Positions 19,469 to 28,487 of a stretch of DNA of 64,000 bases are shown here, piece by piece. The DNA comes from an uncultured Clostridia bacterium (GTDB taxonomy: Bacteria; Bacillota; Clostridia; Oscillospirales; Ruminococcaceae), in the NCBI GenBank assembly GCA_947625195.1, contig CANQNK010000003.1, forward strand, positions 41,890-105,889, written 5' to 3'. A model generated the notes under the pieces. The model did no database searches. It was not told where the DNA came from and saw only the letters and a program-made list of their open reading frames with translations. The translations under genes were made by a program, and so were the position numbers. Numbering within the stretch: the stretch's first letter is position 1; each line of letters opens with the position of its first letter.

Positions 19469-19840
19469 TCAGGCTTTCATATCGTCCACAAAGGTGTTTA
19501 CTCTGCGAACCTTTACGTGCGTTTCCGATTCAAGCGCATATTTTACTTTATCTTCAATGCTGTGGGCGACCGTCGAAATGTTCGTTCCGTATGAGGCGGT
19601 TATGTGAAGGTCTATTATCAGATCCCCGTTAACGTCTGTCTTTATTATAATACCTGCTCCCTTATCAGGACGCCTGAAAAGCGATTTTATCTTCTGCTTT
19701 AAGCCGTAGCCGTTCATTCCGGCAACTCCGATACATTCGCCTACGTTGTACGCAATAAGGCTTTTTATATATCGCTCGGTTATGAATATTTCACCCAGAT
19801 GGTTTTCAATCAGTTTCAAGGCGGCACCTTCTTTTTTCAC
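19469..19840 (-). CDS. Asp23/Gls24 family envelope stress protein (YloU-like)
   Basis: A 123-aa Asp23-like product immediately upstream of the yloV-like gene. Confidence 0.85.
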   Translation of the reverse strand: MKKEGAALKLIENHLGEIFITERYIKSLIAYNVGECIGVAGMNGYGLKQKIKSLFRRPDKGAGIIIKTDVNGDLIIDLHITASYGTNISTVAHSIEDKVKYALESETHVKVRRVNTFVDDMKA

Positions 19841-19896
19841 AGTTTGAAATACTTACAAACATAATACCATAAACTGAGAAAAATTGCAATGCTTTT

Positions 19897-21009
19897 TTAA
19901 TATACAGCAGAAACCTTTATATTTGTCTTAACGTTCTTTAAAAATTCTTCACGGTCATCTATAAGCTTTTTATAAAGCTTATAGTCCGTTTGACGTACAA
20001 GAGCCGTAATCCCTAAAACATCGGCGGAGTTTTCAGAAAGCATTTTTTGGCACGCCGACTCTGTATATTCCTTTACCTTCTTTTCAACCTCTGATTTAAT
20101 AGCGTCTCTATGGTCCTTGCTTTCTTCCTTATCAAGAGTTATCCTTACCGTTATCTTCTTATCTAATTTTACAGAGTCGTTTTGCTCTGTGATTTCTGAG
20201 CTTTGCTTTACGTTTTTAACCTTCACGCTCTCCTTGCCGTAAGAGGTGTTTACTATCATATCCGAATCATCAATTTCCGAGAGAAAATAGTTTATTCCGA
20301 AAACCTCGTCCATATCAAGCGTTTTTGAAAATTTGCTGTTCTTTATCAGTATGGCTTTCTTTATTTCAAGTGAGTCCTGTGCCGGCTCTCCGCTTTCCTT
20401 TGACTTGTCGGATATTGCCTGCGCTCTTTTTTCAATTAAAGGTAAAACAGCCGTGCCGTCTGTGTTGATATAATTTGAAACCACCTTGAAAAATCTTGAA
20501 TCGGTACTGTAACCGTCCTTCTTTGAGACATCAAATATTTTTTTCATTGTTTCCGCAGCAACTGCTCCGCTTGAAATGTCCGCGCTTATTATATCCTTTG
20601 CGCTCTTTTCGGTTGCGGCAACTACCATTTTTAAATATGCGTCGAAGTTGTTTATAAAGTATTCAAGGCAGCTGTATATATCGTTTACTTCTTTATTTAT
20701 AACTAAAAGCTGATTGTGTCCGAAAAACATTTTCTTTCCGAGCTGGTTTTCGCACATCTCAACAGCGTTTGCTATTGTTTTTCCTTCTGCCGAGATGACC
20801 TCCACATTACTTTTGCTGGAGTCAATGGGGGTCTGTGAGCCAGCGGAGGAAACTCTGAATACCTGAAGCGACAGCTTAAAGCCGTCCTCCGCCTTGTCGA
20901 TGCCGACTGCCTGAACTATCCCCACGCTGTCGGGCTTTCTTCCGCCGCAGCCCGAAAACGTAATAGAAACAAGCAAAATCAAAACACACATAAGACTAAT
21001 TTTTTTCAC
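19897..21009 (-). CDS. Spore germination receptor lipoprotein, Ger(x)C family
   Basis: A lipobox (ITFSGC) follows the signal peptide. It is the third gene of a gerA-type operon and overlaps gerB by 14 nt. Confidence 0.85.
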   Translation of the reverse strand: MKKISLMCVLILLVSITFSGCGGRKPDSVGIVQAVGIDKAEDGFKLSLQVFRVSSAGSQTPIDSSKSNVEVISAEGKTIANAVEMCENQLGKKMFFGHNQLLVINKEVNDIYSCLEYFINNFDAYLKMVVAATEKSAKDIISADISSGAVAAETMKKIFDVSKKDGYSTDSRFFKVVSNYINTDGTAVLPLIEKRAQAISDKSKESGEPAQDSLEIKKAILIKNSKFSKTLDMDEVFGINYFLSEIDDSDMIVNTSYGKESVKVKNVKQSSEITEQNDSVKLDKKITVRITLDKEESKDHRDAIKSEVEKKVKEYTESACQKMLSENSADVLGITALVRQTDYKLYKKLIDDREEFLKNVKTNIKVSAVY

Positions 21010-22051
21010 GCTTAAACCTCCTTAAAATCAACACAGCAAGAGGAATCACCGTTCCAAGCAAAACAATTGCGGCGGCGGTAAGCTCGTTATCCAGAAGAGG
21101 GATTATCATCTGCTCCTTATATGCTAAATACAAAGCGGGAATGCCGCCTATAACAAACGGCGCAAGGTTTGTTGCCATTTTGCTGCTAAACGGCTTTATT
21201 AAGACCGACGCCGGACGCAGCGATATTGTAAACAGCGACAGCTTTATAACTCCCATAAGCGTCCAGATAACGAGAAAAACTGCGTCCAAGCGCTCTACAA
21301 ACGGCGCTTTTGCAAAGCTGCATACCGTGAAAAACGGAAACGGAACCGCCTCTATATAGCCTCCCAGAAGAAGCATACATAATAAAACTATCATTTCAAC
21401 AAACAAAAGCTTTATCAGCAAAAATCCGTAAACAGACTTTCCAATGCCGTTTTTGAGATACGGTAGCAGCAGAACAAGTACAACCATTTCACTGCTGCGG
21501 GATATCCCGTTTACTATACCGCTGAAGATATCTGAGGTTCCTATGGGTTCAACGTAATAGTTGGATATATCAAAATCCTCCGCGGTGGTAAAGACGACGG
21601 CGATAAGCAGCAGAATGAAAGACACGAAAACTATTGACGCGCTTCTTGCTGCCGCTTCTATTCCCAGGTGAGCAACATATGCCGAAGCCGCGATAAGCAA
21701 AATTCCTACAACAATCGTCGGCAAAAGATTCAAAAAGGCGTTTTCAAAAAAATAGAGAAAAAATCTGACCGTTCGGAAAATCATAAATATCGCAAAAATG
21801 AAATACAGCACAAATAAAATCACGCCGAAAATTTTGCTTATCTCAAATGCTGAGCGGATAACGTTTTCATCGGGGTATTTTTTATACAAAAAAATTGTCG
21901 GAATTACAAGTATCATATCCGCTGCCACTGAGAAAGCGGATGTGCTCATCATCACTGAGGGGGAAATGTCCTCCAGAGTGAAGTAGGTTATTGTTATAAA
22001 GATTCTCGATAAAAAGAGCAGTATCAAAAGCTGCCAGGATGATATTTTCAT
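20996..22051 (-). CDS. Spore germination receptor B subunit (GerAB/GerKB, APC-like permease)
   Basis: A 351-aa protein with about 10 TM helices, lying between the A and C subunits. Confidence 0.85.
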   Translation of the reverse strand: MKISSWQLLILLFLSRIFITITYFTLEDISPSVMMSTSAFSVAADMILVIPTIFLYKKYPDENVIRSAFEISKIFGVILFVLYFIFAIFMIFRTVRFFLYFFENAFLNLLPTIVVGILLIAASAYVAHLGIEAAARSASIVFVSFILLLIAVVFTTAEDFDISNYYVEPIGTSDIFSGIVNGISRSSEMVVLVLLLPYLKNGIGKSVYGFLLIKLLFVEMIVLLCMLLLGGYIEAVPFPFFTVCSFAKAPFVERLDAVFLVIWTLMGVIKLSLFTISLRPASVLIKPFSSKMATNLAPFVIGGIPALYLAYKEQMIIPLLDNELTAAAIVLLGTVIPLAVLILRRFKREKN

Positions 22052-22159
22052 TGACTGACCTCACTTAATTTTTTGACCTTGTTTTTTACAACGGAGAGGC
22101 CTGCTCCGTTGATTATCAGCAAACGCCGCACACAGTTCGGATGGGTCGTTGCTTTTTGG

Positions 22160-23638
22160 TTATTTCTTTACTCCGGTTAGGTCCTCAACTCGACCTTTGG
22201 TTTTCTGGAGACGCAAAAAGGAGGGCCGTCCCAAAATATTTGTAAGCCTCTTTACCGTTATCGGAGATATCGGCGCCGTATACGGAACTGTTAAACTTGA
22301 TAGCACACAGGTATTAGCTATAACGGCTATGGTCAGTATGCTTATGCCGTAAAGGCCGAAAAGTCCTCCTGTAGCTATATAAGCAAGACGTAACACGGAG
22401 GTTTGCTGATTAAGCCCCGGAATTACAAACGATGCAGTTGCGGTGAGTCCTATAATAATCAAAAGCGGTGCGGATATGAGAGATGAGGTAACGGCGGCAT
22501 CGCCTATAATAAGCGCACCCACTATTGATACCGCTCCGCCTACCGCCTTTGGCAGCCTTATGCCGGCCTCTCTCATTATTTCGTACATTATGGTTATTAT
22601 TATGGCTTCAGTTGTAAGCGAGTACGGGGTGGATTCCTGAGAGGCGACAAGGTTTAACAACAGTCTGTGGCTGAGCATTCCCGGGTGAAAGGAGGCTATT
22701 GAAACGTACAGCCCGGGCAGCGCCACAGCCAGAAGGAAGGACAGGTACTTTATCCATCGTATATAAACAGTGTAAAAGCTTCTTGTTGTATAGTCGTCCA
22801 CAGTGCGAAACTCTTCGATAAACACCGAAGGCAGAATAAGTGCAAAGGGTGTTCCGTCGATAAGCACGCCTACCTTGCCTTCGTTTAGCTTTATGCACAT
22901 AGCATCCGGCCGATCGGTGGTGGAGATGCTTGAAAAAATCGCCTTGTGCTTATCCTCTAAAAACGGCTTTAAATAACCGGTGGAAAATACTGTATCAAGT
23001 TCAATATCCATAAGCCGCTTTTTTATCTCGTCGACTATTTTCTTGTCAACTCTATCGGAAAGATACGAAATTGCTATGTCGGTTTTTGTAACCTTTCCGA
23101 CCTGCATAAGCTCAAACTTTAACAGAGGAGATTTTATTCTTCGACGCACAAGGGATACGTTTGTCCTGAGCGCCTCGATAAAGCCGTCCTGTCCGCCCAT
23201 TATGTTGGTGTCGGACGACGGGTTTTCTATGCTTCTTTTGTCATATCCCTGAATGCCAAGACTGACCGCTTTGTTTTTACCGTCAATGAATATTATTGCA
23301 AAGCCGGAGAAAAGCCGCATAAAAACCTCTCCGAATGTGGAAAGCTCCTGACGGTCTATGGTCATAAGGCTTTGCTGGGTTAAAAAGGTGTAAACCTCCT
23401 CGGCGCTTGCTTTGTGATCCAGGTTAAACTGCATCAGCGGGTGAAAGACAAGCTCAGACAGCGAATCAGTAGAGATCATTCCCTCTGACGCTACGAAAAC
23501 GCACTTATGTCCCGATACCATTATGTCGCTTACGTTTACGTCCATAGTGTTTCCCGCCGCTTTCTTGAGCATGGTTTTAAACTCCTCGGCGCTTGTGGGC
23601 AAAAGCGTGTGGGCGTAATTTTTATCGTCTATATTCAT
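22160..23638 (-). CDS. Spore germination receptor A subunit (GerAA/GerKA family)
   Basis: GerA-family sequence with a soluble N-terminal domain and a C-terminal TM bundle. I set the start at the ATG at 23638, which lies 7 nt after GGAGA. Confidence 0.9.
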   Translation of the reverse strand: MNIDDKNYAHTLLPTSAEEFKTMLKKAAGNTMDVNVSDIMVSGHKCVFVASEGMISTDSLSELVFHPLMQFNLDHKASAEEVYTFLTQQSLMTIDRQELSTFGEVFMRLFSGFAIIFIDGKNKAVSLGIQGYDKRSIENPSSDTNIMGGQDGFIEALRTNVSLVRRRIKSPLLKFELMQVGKVTKTDIAISYLSDRVDKKIVDEIKKRLMDIELDTVFSTGYLKPFLEDKHKAIFSSISTTDRPDAMCIKLNEGKVGVLIDGTPFALILPSVFIEEFRTVDDYTTRSFYTVYIRWIKYLSFLLAVALPGLYVSIASFHPGMLSHRLLLNLVASQESTPYSLTTEAIIITIMYEIMREAGIRLPKAVGGAVSIVGALIIGDAAVTSSLISAPLLIIIGLTATASFVIPGLNQQTSVLRLAYIATGGLFGLYGISILTIAVIANTCVLSSLTVPYTAPISPITVKRLTNILGRPSFLRLQKTKGRVEDLTGVKK

Positions 23639-23813
23639 ACTATTATTCTCCGTTCTGCCGCCCGGCAAAAACTAATGGGAATCATACGGGCAGCGTGTTA
23701 AGCCTTTTTAATGCTTTTATTTTAATATCTGTAAAAAAAGCTTCGATATTCATGAATGACTGTATAATTTTAGGGAAATTTATTTTTGATAGCATTAAGG
23801 AGGCATTTTTGTT

Positions 23814-24488
23814 ATGCTGATTATTTTTCTGCGGGCTCTTATTTTGTACGTACTGGTTATTTTTTCCGTACGTCTTATGGGAAAAAGACAGATAGGCGAG
23901 CTTCAGCCGAGTGAGCTTGTTATCACAATTCTGGTTTCAAATATCGCAACACTGCCGATCGAAGACATAAATCTTCCTATCTTAACGGGAATAATTCCGA
24001 TAATATCTCTGGTCTGCTTTGATGTAATAATGTCTGCCGTTACGCTTAAATCTAAAAAGGTCAGAAAGATTGTTTCGGGAAATCCCAGAATCATAGTTAT
24101 AAACGGAACTATTGACCAAAGAGCGTTGAAACAGCTCAGGTATTCTCTTGACGACCTTATGGAAAGCCTGCGTGAGCAGGGCATCTTTGACGTGTCAGAG
24201 GTGCAGTACGCCATAGTTGAAACTACCGGAAAAATAAGCGTTTTGCAGAAAAAGGACTATCAGCCCTTATCGCTTGATATAACCGAAAACAAAAATTCTG
24301 CGTCTGTGAATCCGCCGCAAGTGATAATAGACGACGGGGTGATAATAAAAAAAGCACTTGACGTTTTAAATCTGAACGACAAATGGCTAAACGGTGTTCT
24401 CAACAAAAATAAGGTCAAAGCAAAGGACGTTTTCCTTTTAAGCTCTGACGAGGACAAAAACTATACTCTTATAAAGAAGGATTATTAA
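23814..24488 (+). CDS. DUF421 (YetF/YdfS-like) membrane protein
   Basis: The N-terminus (ILYVLVIFSVRLMGKRQIGELQPSELV) is characteristic of DUF421. The product is 224 aa. Confidence 0.85.
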   Translation: MLIIFLRALILYVLVIFSVRLMGKRQIGELQPSELVITILVSNIATLPIEDINLPILTGIIPIISLVCFDVIMSAVTLKSKKVRKIVSGNPRIIVINGTIDQRALKQLRYSLDDLMESLREQGIFDVSEVQYAIVETTGKISVLQKKDYQPLSLDITENKNSASVNPPQVIIDDGVIIKKALDVLNLNDKWLNGVLNKNKVKAKDVFLLSSDEDKNYTLIKKDY

Positions 24489-24860
24489 ATGAAAAGACTT
24501 ATCATAAGCCTGTTGATCCTCGTATCAATAGTCGTGACAAGCGTGTTTATACTGTCGGTTTTTGACAGCAGAAACGAACAGCTTATTTCTTACGTTGATC
24601 GGGTGGAGGAGCTCTATAAGCAAAACAAAACCGATCTTGCCGAGGAGGAATTAACGCGGCTGAATCGGTTTTGGTCGGAATATTACAATCTGGTCTCTTA
24701 CATCGTTCAAAGCACAAAGCTTGAAGAAATAGCGCAGTCTGTCTCAAAGCTCAAGGCGCTTATGGGAAAGGATGAGTTTTTGAGCGAATGCGAATCTATA
24801 AAATACGGAATTCGTCTTATCTATGACAGCGAATATCCGTATCTTCACAGTATACTTTAG
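24489..24860 (+). CDS. DUF4363-like small membrane-anchored protein
   Basis: A 123-aa product with an N-terminal TM helix. Its start directly abuts the DUF421 stop, the usual DUF421/DUF4363 pairing. Confidence 0.65.
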   Translation: MKRLIISLLILVSIVVTSVFILSVFDSRNEQLISYVDRVEELYKQNKTDLAEEELTRLNRFWSEYYNLVSYIVQSTKLEEIAQSVSKLKALMGKDEFLSECESIKYGIRLIYDSEYPYLHSIL

Positions 24861-25297
24861 CTTAGCTCCTTTATAATGGAGATAAAGCTGTCAAGGTCGT
24901 TAAAGTCTTTATAGACCGAGGCGAACCTTACATATGCTACAAGGTCAAGCTCTTTCAATCCGCGCAGAACCTTATCTCCGATCTCACTTGTGGTGGTTTC
25001 CGTCTGCATTGCGTTTGCATAGGTATTCTCGATCTCTTCGACCATTTTATTTACCCGGTCAACGCTTATCGGCCTCTTTTTAAGAGCGCTTCTTATGCCG
25101 TTAGCAAGCTTGTCCTTATCAAACGGCTCAAAGCTTCCGTCTTTTTTATAAACCATAAGGGTGGGCTTTTCAACTACCTCATACGTTGTGAACCGCTTTC
25201 CGCAGTTGGTACATTCACGTCTGCGGCGTTTTTTTTCGTCGCTCGGGCGCGAGTCAATTACCTTTGTGTCTTCAAAATTGCAAAACGGGCATCTCAT
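24857..25297 (-). CDS. nrdR: Transcriptional repressor NrdR
   Basis: MRCPFCNFEDTKVIDSRP...C..C..RFTTYE is the zinc ribbon, followed by an ATP-cone. I moved the start to the ATG at 25297, giving 146 aa. Confidence 0.93.
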   Translation of the reverse strand: MRCPFCNFEDTKVIDSRPSDEKKRRRRECTNCGKRFTTYEVVEKPTLMVYKKDGSFEPFDKDKLANGIRSALKKRPISVDRVNKMVEEIENTYANAMQTETTTSEIGDKVLRGLKELDLVAYVRFASVYKDFNDLDSFISIIKELS

Positions 25298-25414
25298 AAG
25301 TGTTTCTCCCTTTCTGTGTCTGGCTGAAAGCGCATATAAATACAGCTTCATACCGTGTGGATTGAATTTGGGACTTTAATTACAAACACCAACAATAGTA
25401 TATGTAATATATAA

Positions 25415-25443
25415 AGTATACCACTAATTGTATTTTTTTGCAA
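25415..25443 (-). promoter_or_regulatory. Likely nrdR promoter
   Basis: On the minus strand: TTGCAA (25438-25443), a 17-nt spacer, then TATACT (25415-25420). Confidence 0.5.
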
Positions 25444-25585
25444 GTATTCTTGCGAAATTTATTTATAATTTTCTGAAATTCGACCCGTTTTTTCGTGTTC
25501 ATTATAATTTTTTAAGCTTTTTTATAATATTCTTTTGTGTTTTGTCGCAAGTTGGCGAAGTTTTTGGGCAAAAAAGTGTACAGTT

Positions 25586-25699
25586 GTTTAAAAATGCGTT
25601 TAAACAGTTTAAAACGAATGTGTAAAATAGGGAGTTTTTAACATTTTAAACAAAGTTTTAAACAGTTTGAATTAAAACTTGCGGTTGAAAGTTTAAAAA
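25586..25699. repeat. Array of eight GTTT(T)AAA(A)C-like palindromic units
   Basis: Units start at 25586, 25598, 25607, 25634, 25644, 25655, 25665 and 25691. Several start-to-start spacings are 9-12 bp. The array lies in a gene-free, AT-rich gap. Confidence 0.6.
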
Positions 25700-25883
25700 T
25701 TCTTCTTTTAAGATTTGGGCAGTAATGAACTTTTTGTGTGCGGATAAAAAACGTCTGCGGTTTTTAATTTTCACAAACAGCTGAAAAACTGTGAAAAAAG
25801 AATCCTGGGTATAAATATGTATGCACACAGAGGACAAATAAAACTATCGTCAGATGAATTTCTTAAAAATTAAGACAAGAGAG

Positions 25884-25920
25884 TAAAAAATCACCCGAAG
25901 CACAAAAAACTTCGGGTGAT
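25884..25920 (-). terminator. Intrinsic terminator of the GH94 operon
   Basis: TCACCCGAAG pairs with CTTCGGGTGA in a 10-bp stem. The minus-strand transcript continues with TTTTTTAC. Confidence 0.8.
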
Positions 25921-25950
25921 AAATTGTCTGCCGAGTTATATGTGAAATCT

Positions 25951-28401
25951 TTAGCCCATTACAACTTCTACATCTACTGTTTTGCCTTCATCAAATACGG
26001 GAAGAATATTGCCTTCAATTTTGCCGCCGTTTACGGTAACGCTGTAGATCCCCTTGGAGATATAGTGCGGATTCTTTACGGTGATGTTATAGGTAGCACC
26101 TCTGAATTTTCTCACAGCCGTAAAGCCTTCCCATTCTGACGGAATAGACGGGTCTATCTTCAGTCCGTCGTAGTCGGGAATGATTCCCAGAATATACTGA
26201 GACACCGCAACAAAGTTCCACGCCGCCGTTCCTGTGAGCCAGCTGTTTTTTGCTTCTCCGTGACGTTTTGCGTCCTTACCCGCAATCATTTGAGCGTAAA
26301 CGTACGGCTCGGTTCGGTGAATGTCGGAAATATCCTCAAGATAAGCAGGAGCTATCTTTGAGTAATACTCGTAAGCCTTGTCGCCTCTGCCGACAAAAGC
26401 CTCGGCGCAGATTATCCACGCGTTGTTGTGGCAGAAGATTCCTGCGTTTTCTTTATAGCCGCTCGGATAGGTGGATATCTCTCCGTACTCCGGGTAATAT
26501 TTTGAATACGGAGGGTTGTTAAGAACAAGTCCGTACTCGGTATTCAGATACTTGTCTACACTGTCGAGAGTTTTAATGTCGAGACCTTGATCCTTGCCTA
26601 TTCCGCTCATCACGCAAAATCCCTGCGGCTCAATAAAGATTTTTCCCTCGGCACATTCCTTTGAGCCCATTTTCCTGCCAAAGTCGTCGTAAGCCCTTAA
26701 AAACCACTCGCCGTCAAAGCCGTACTTTAAAAGCGCCTGTGACATCTTATTTATTTGCGCGTGAGCTTTATATGCTTCGTCGTACAAACCCTTGTGACGG
26801 CATATTGAAACGTATTCAGGACCTATAAAGGTGAACATTCCGCCAACCATAACACTTTCTGCCACGCGGCTGTATTTTAGCTCGCCGTACTTAGGGCAGG
26901 TTGAGATCTGAAAGCTTTCGCCCGGGGTATTGGAAAAACAGGAGAGGTTTATGCAGTCGTTCCAGTCCGCTCTCATTGCCAGAGGAAGACCGTGCGGTCC
27001 GAGGTTATTTACCACGTGGTAAAAAGACTGGGTAAGGTGATCCATCATCGGCTTTGCACGGCTTATGTCGTTATCGTAAGGCACTTGCTCGTCGAGGATC
27101 GACCAGTCGCCGGTCTCTTTAATATACTGTGCAACAGCATATATCATCCAAAGCGGGTCGTCGGAAAAATCTCCGCCTATTTCGTGATTGCCCTTTTTTG
27201 TAAGTGGCTGGTACTGGTGATAGCAGCCGCCGTCCTCATACTGGGTTGAAGCAAGATCAATAAGACGTTCTCTTGCTCTGTCTGGTATCTGATGAACAAA
27301 GCCCAGAAGGTCCTGGTTTGAATCCCTGAAGCCCATTCCTCTGCCTATACCGCTTTCAAAATACGAAGCTGAGCGACTCATATTAAACGTTACCATACAC
27401 TGGTACTGGTTCCAGATGTTTACCATTCTGTTAAGCTTATCGTCAGGCGTGTTTACCGAGTATTTTGACAAAAGCTCGTCCCAGGTTTTCTTAAGCTCAT
27501 TTAAAGCGGCGTCTGCCTTTTCCGCCGTGTTCATAGCGCTTATCATATCATAAGCCTTTTGCTTATTCATTTTTCCGTTTTTATCCCATTTATTGTAGCC
27601 GTTTTCAACATATCCAAGCATGAACACCAAGGTCTTTTCTTCGTCAGGCTCAAGAGTCAGACTGATCATATGCGACGCTATCGGGGACCAGCCGTCCGCA
27701 ACCGAATTCGAAGCTTGTCCCGCAAGCACGCACTGAGGATTGTGAAAGCCGTTATATAGTCCGATAAAAGACTCTCTGTCGGTGTCAAAGCCGTCAATAG
27801 GCACGTTTACCGTGTAAAAAGCAAAGTGGTCACGTCTTTCCTTATATTCGGCTGTGTGGTAAATGGTAGAGCCCTCTATCTCGACCTCTCCGGTGTTGAA
27901 GTTGCGCTGAAAGTTTGTGGAATCGTCCTGAGCGTCCCACAGACACCACTCGATAAACGAAAAGAGCTTAAGCTCCTTTTTCTGGCCGGCGCAATTTTTT
28001 ACAACCAGCTTCTGCACCTCTCCGTTAAAGTTCTGCGGAACAAAAAAGGTTGCCTCGGCGCTAACACCGCCCTTCTCTCCTTTTATAATGGTATAACCCA
28101 TTCCGTGGCGGCAGGAATAGCTGTCAAGCTCCGTCTTTACCGGGCTCCAGCCCGGTGACCAGATAGTTTCACCGTCCTTTATATAAAAATATCTTCCGCC
28201 TACGTCTGTAGGAACATTGTTGTAGCGATACCGTGTAATTCTTCTTAAGCGCGCGTCCTTAAAGAAATGATAACCGCCCGCAGTATTTGAAATCAGCGAG
28301 AAAAACTCCTGCGTTCCCAGATAGTTTATCCACGGATACGGGGTTTTGGGATTTGTGATGACGTATTCTTTGTTTACGTCGTCAAAATGTCCGAATTTCA
28401 T
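25951..28401 (-). CDS. Cellobiose/cellodextrin phosphorylase, glycoside hydrolase family 94
   Basis: An 816-aa product. The N-terminus ([29 protein letters not shown]) and the overall sequence are typical of GH94 cellobiose phosphorylases. Confidence 0.93.
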   Translation of the reverse strand: MKFGHFDDVNKEYVITNPKTPYPWINYLGTQEFFSLISNTAGGYHFFKDARLRRITRYRYNNVPTDVGGRYFYIKDGETIWSPGWSPVKTELDSYSCRHGMGYTIIKGEKGGVSAEATFFVPQNFNGEVQKLVVKNCAGQKKELKLFSFIEWCLWDAQDDSTNFQRNFNTGEVEIEGSTIYHTAEYKERRDHFAFYTVNVPIDGFDTDRESFIGLYNGFHNPQCVLAGQASNSVADGWSPIASHMISLTLEPDEEKTLVFMLGYVENGYNKWDKNGKMNKQKAYDMISAMNTAEKADAALNELKKTWDELLSKYSVNTPDDKLNRMVNIWNQYQCMVTFNMSRSASYFESGIGRGMGFRDSNQDLLGFVHQIPDRARERLIDLASTQYEDGGCYHQYQPLTKKGNHEIGGDFSDDPLWMIYAVAQYIKETGDWSILDEQVPYDNDISRAKPMMDHLTQSFYHVVNNLGPHGLPLAMRADWNDCINLSCFSNTPGESFQISTCPKYGELKYSRVAESVMVGGMFTFIGPEYVSICRHKGLYDEAYKAHAQINKMSQALLKYGFDGEWFLRAYDDFGRKMGSKECAEGKIFIEPQGFCVMSGIGKDQGLDIKTLDSVDKYLNTEYGLVLNNPPYSKYYPEYGEISTYPSGYKENAGIFCHNNAWIICAEAFVGRGDKAYEYYSKIAPAYLEDISDIHRTEPYVYAQMIAGKDAKRHGEAKNSWLTGTAAWNFVAVSQYILGIIPDYDGLKIDPSIPSEWEGFTAVRKFRGATYNITVKNPHYISKGIYSVTVNGGKIEGNILPVFDEGKTVDVEVVMG

Positions 28402-28487
28402 AGATTTTTCTCTCCTTAATATTTAAGAATTTTTTCTGCAAAATAAAGAAAAGATATGTAAAATTTCGATCTGATCTGTATTATGTG

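Noticed and set aside
25381-25415. A possible NrdR box near the nrdR promoter (ACATATACTATTGTTG on the minus strand)
   Set aside because: It matches only about 10 of 16 positions of the acaCwAtATaTwGtgt consensus as I remember it. It is not palindromic.
25428-25625. A 65-aa plus-strand ORF in the nrdR/GH94 spacer
   Set aside because: It has no RBS. The Phe/Ile/Asn-rich composition simply reflects the AT-rich DNA. It runs through the repeat array.
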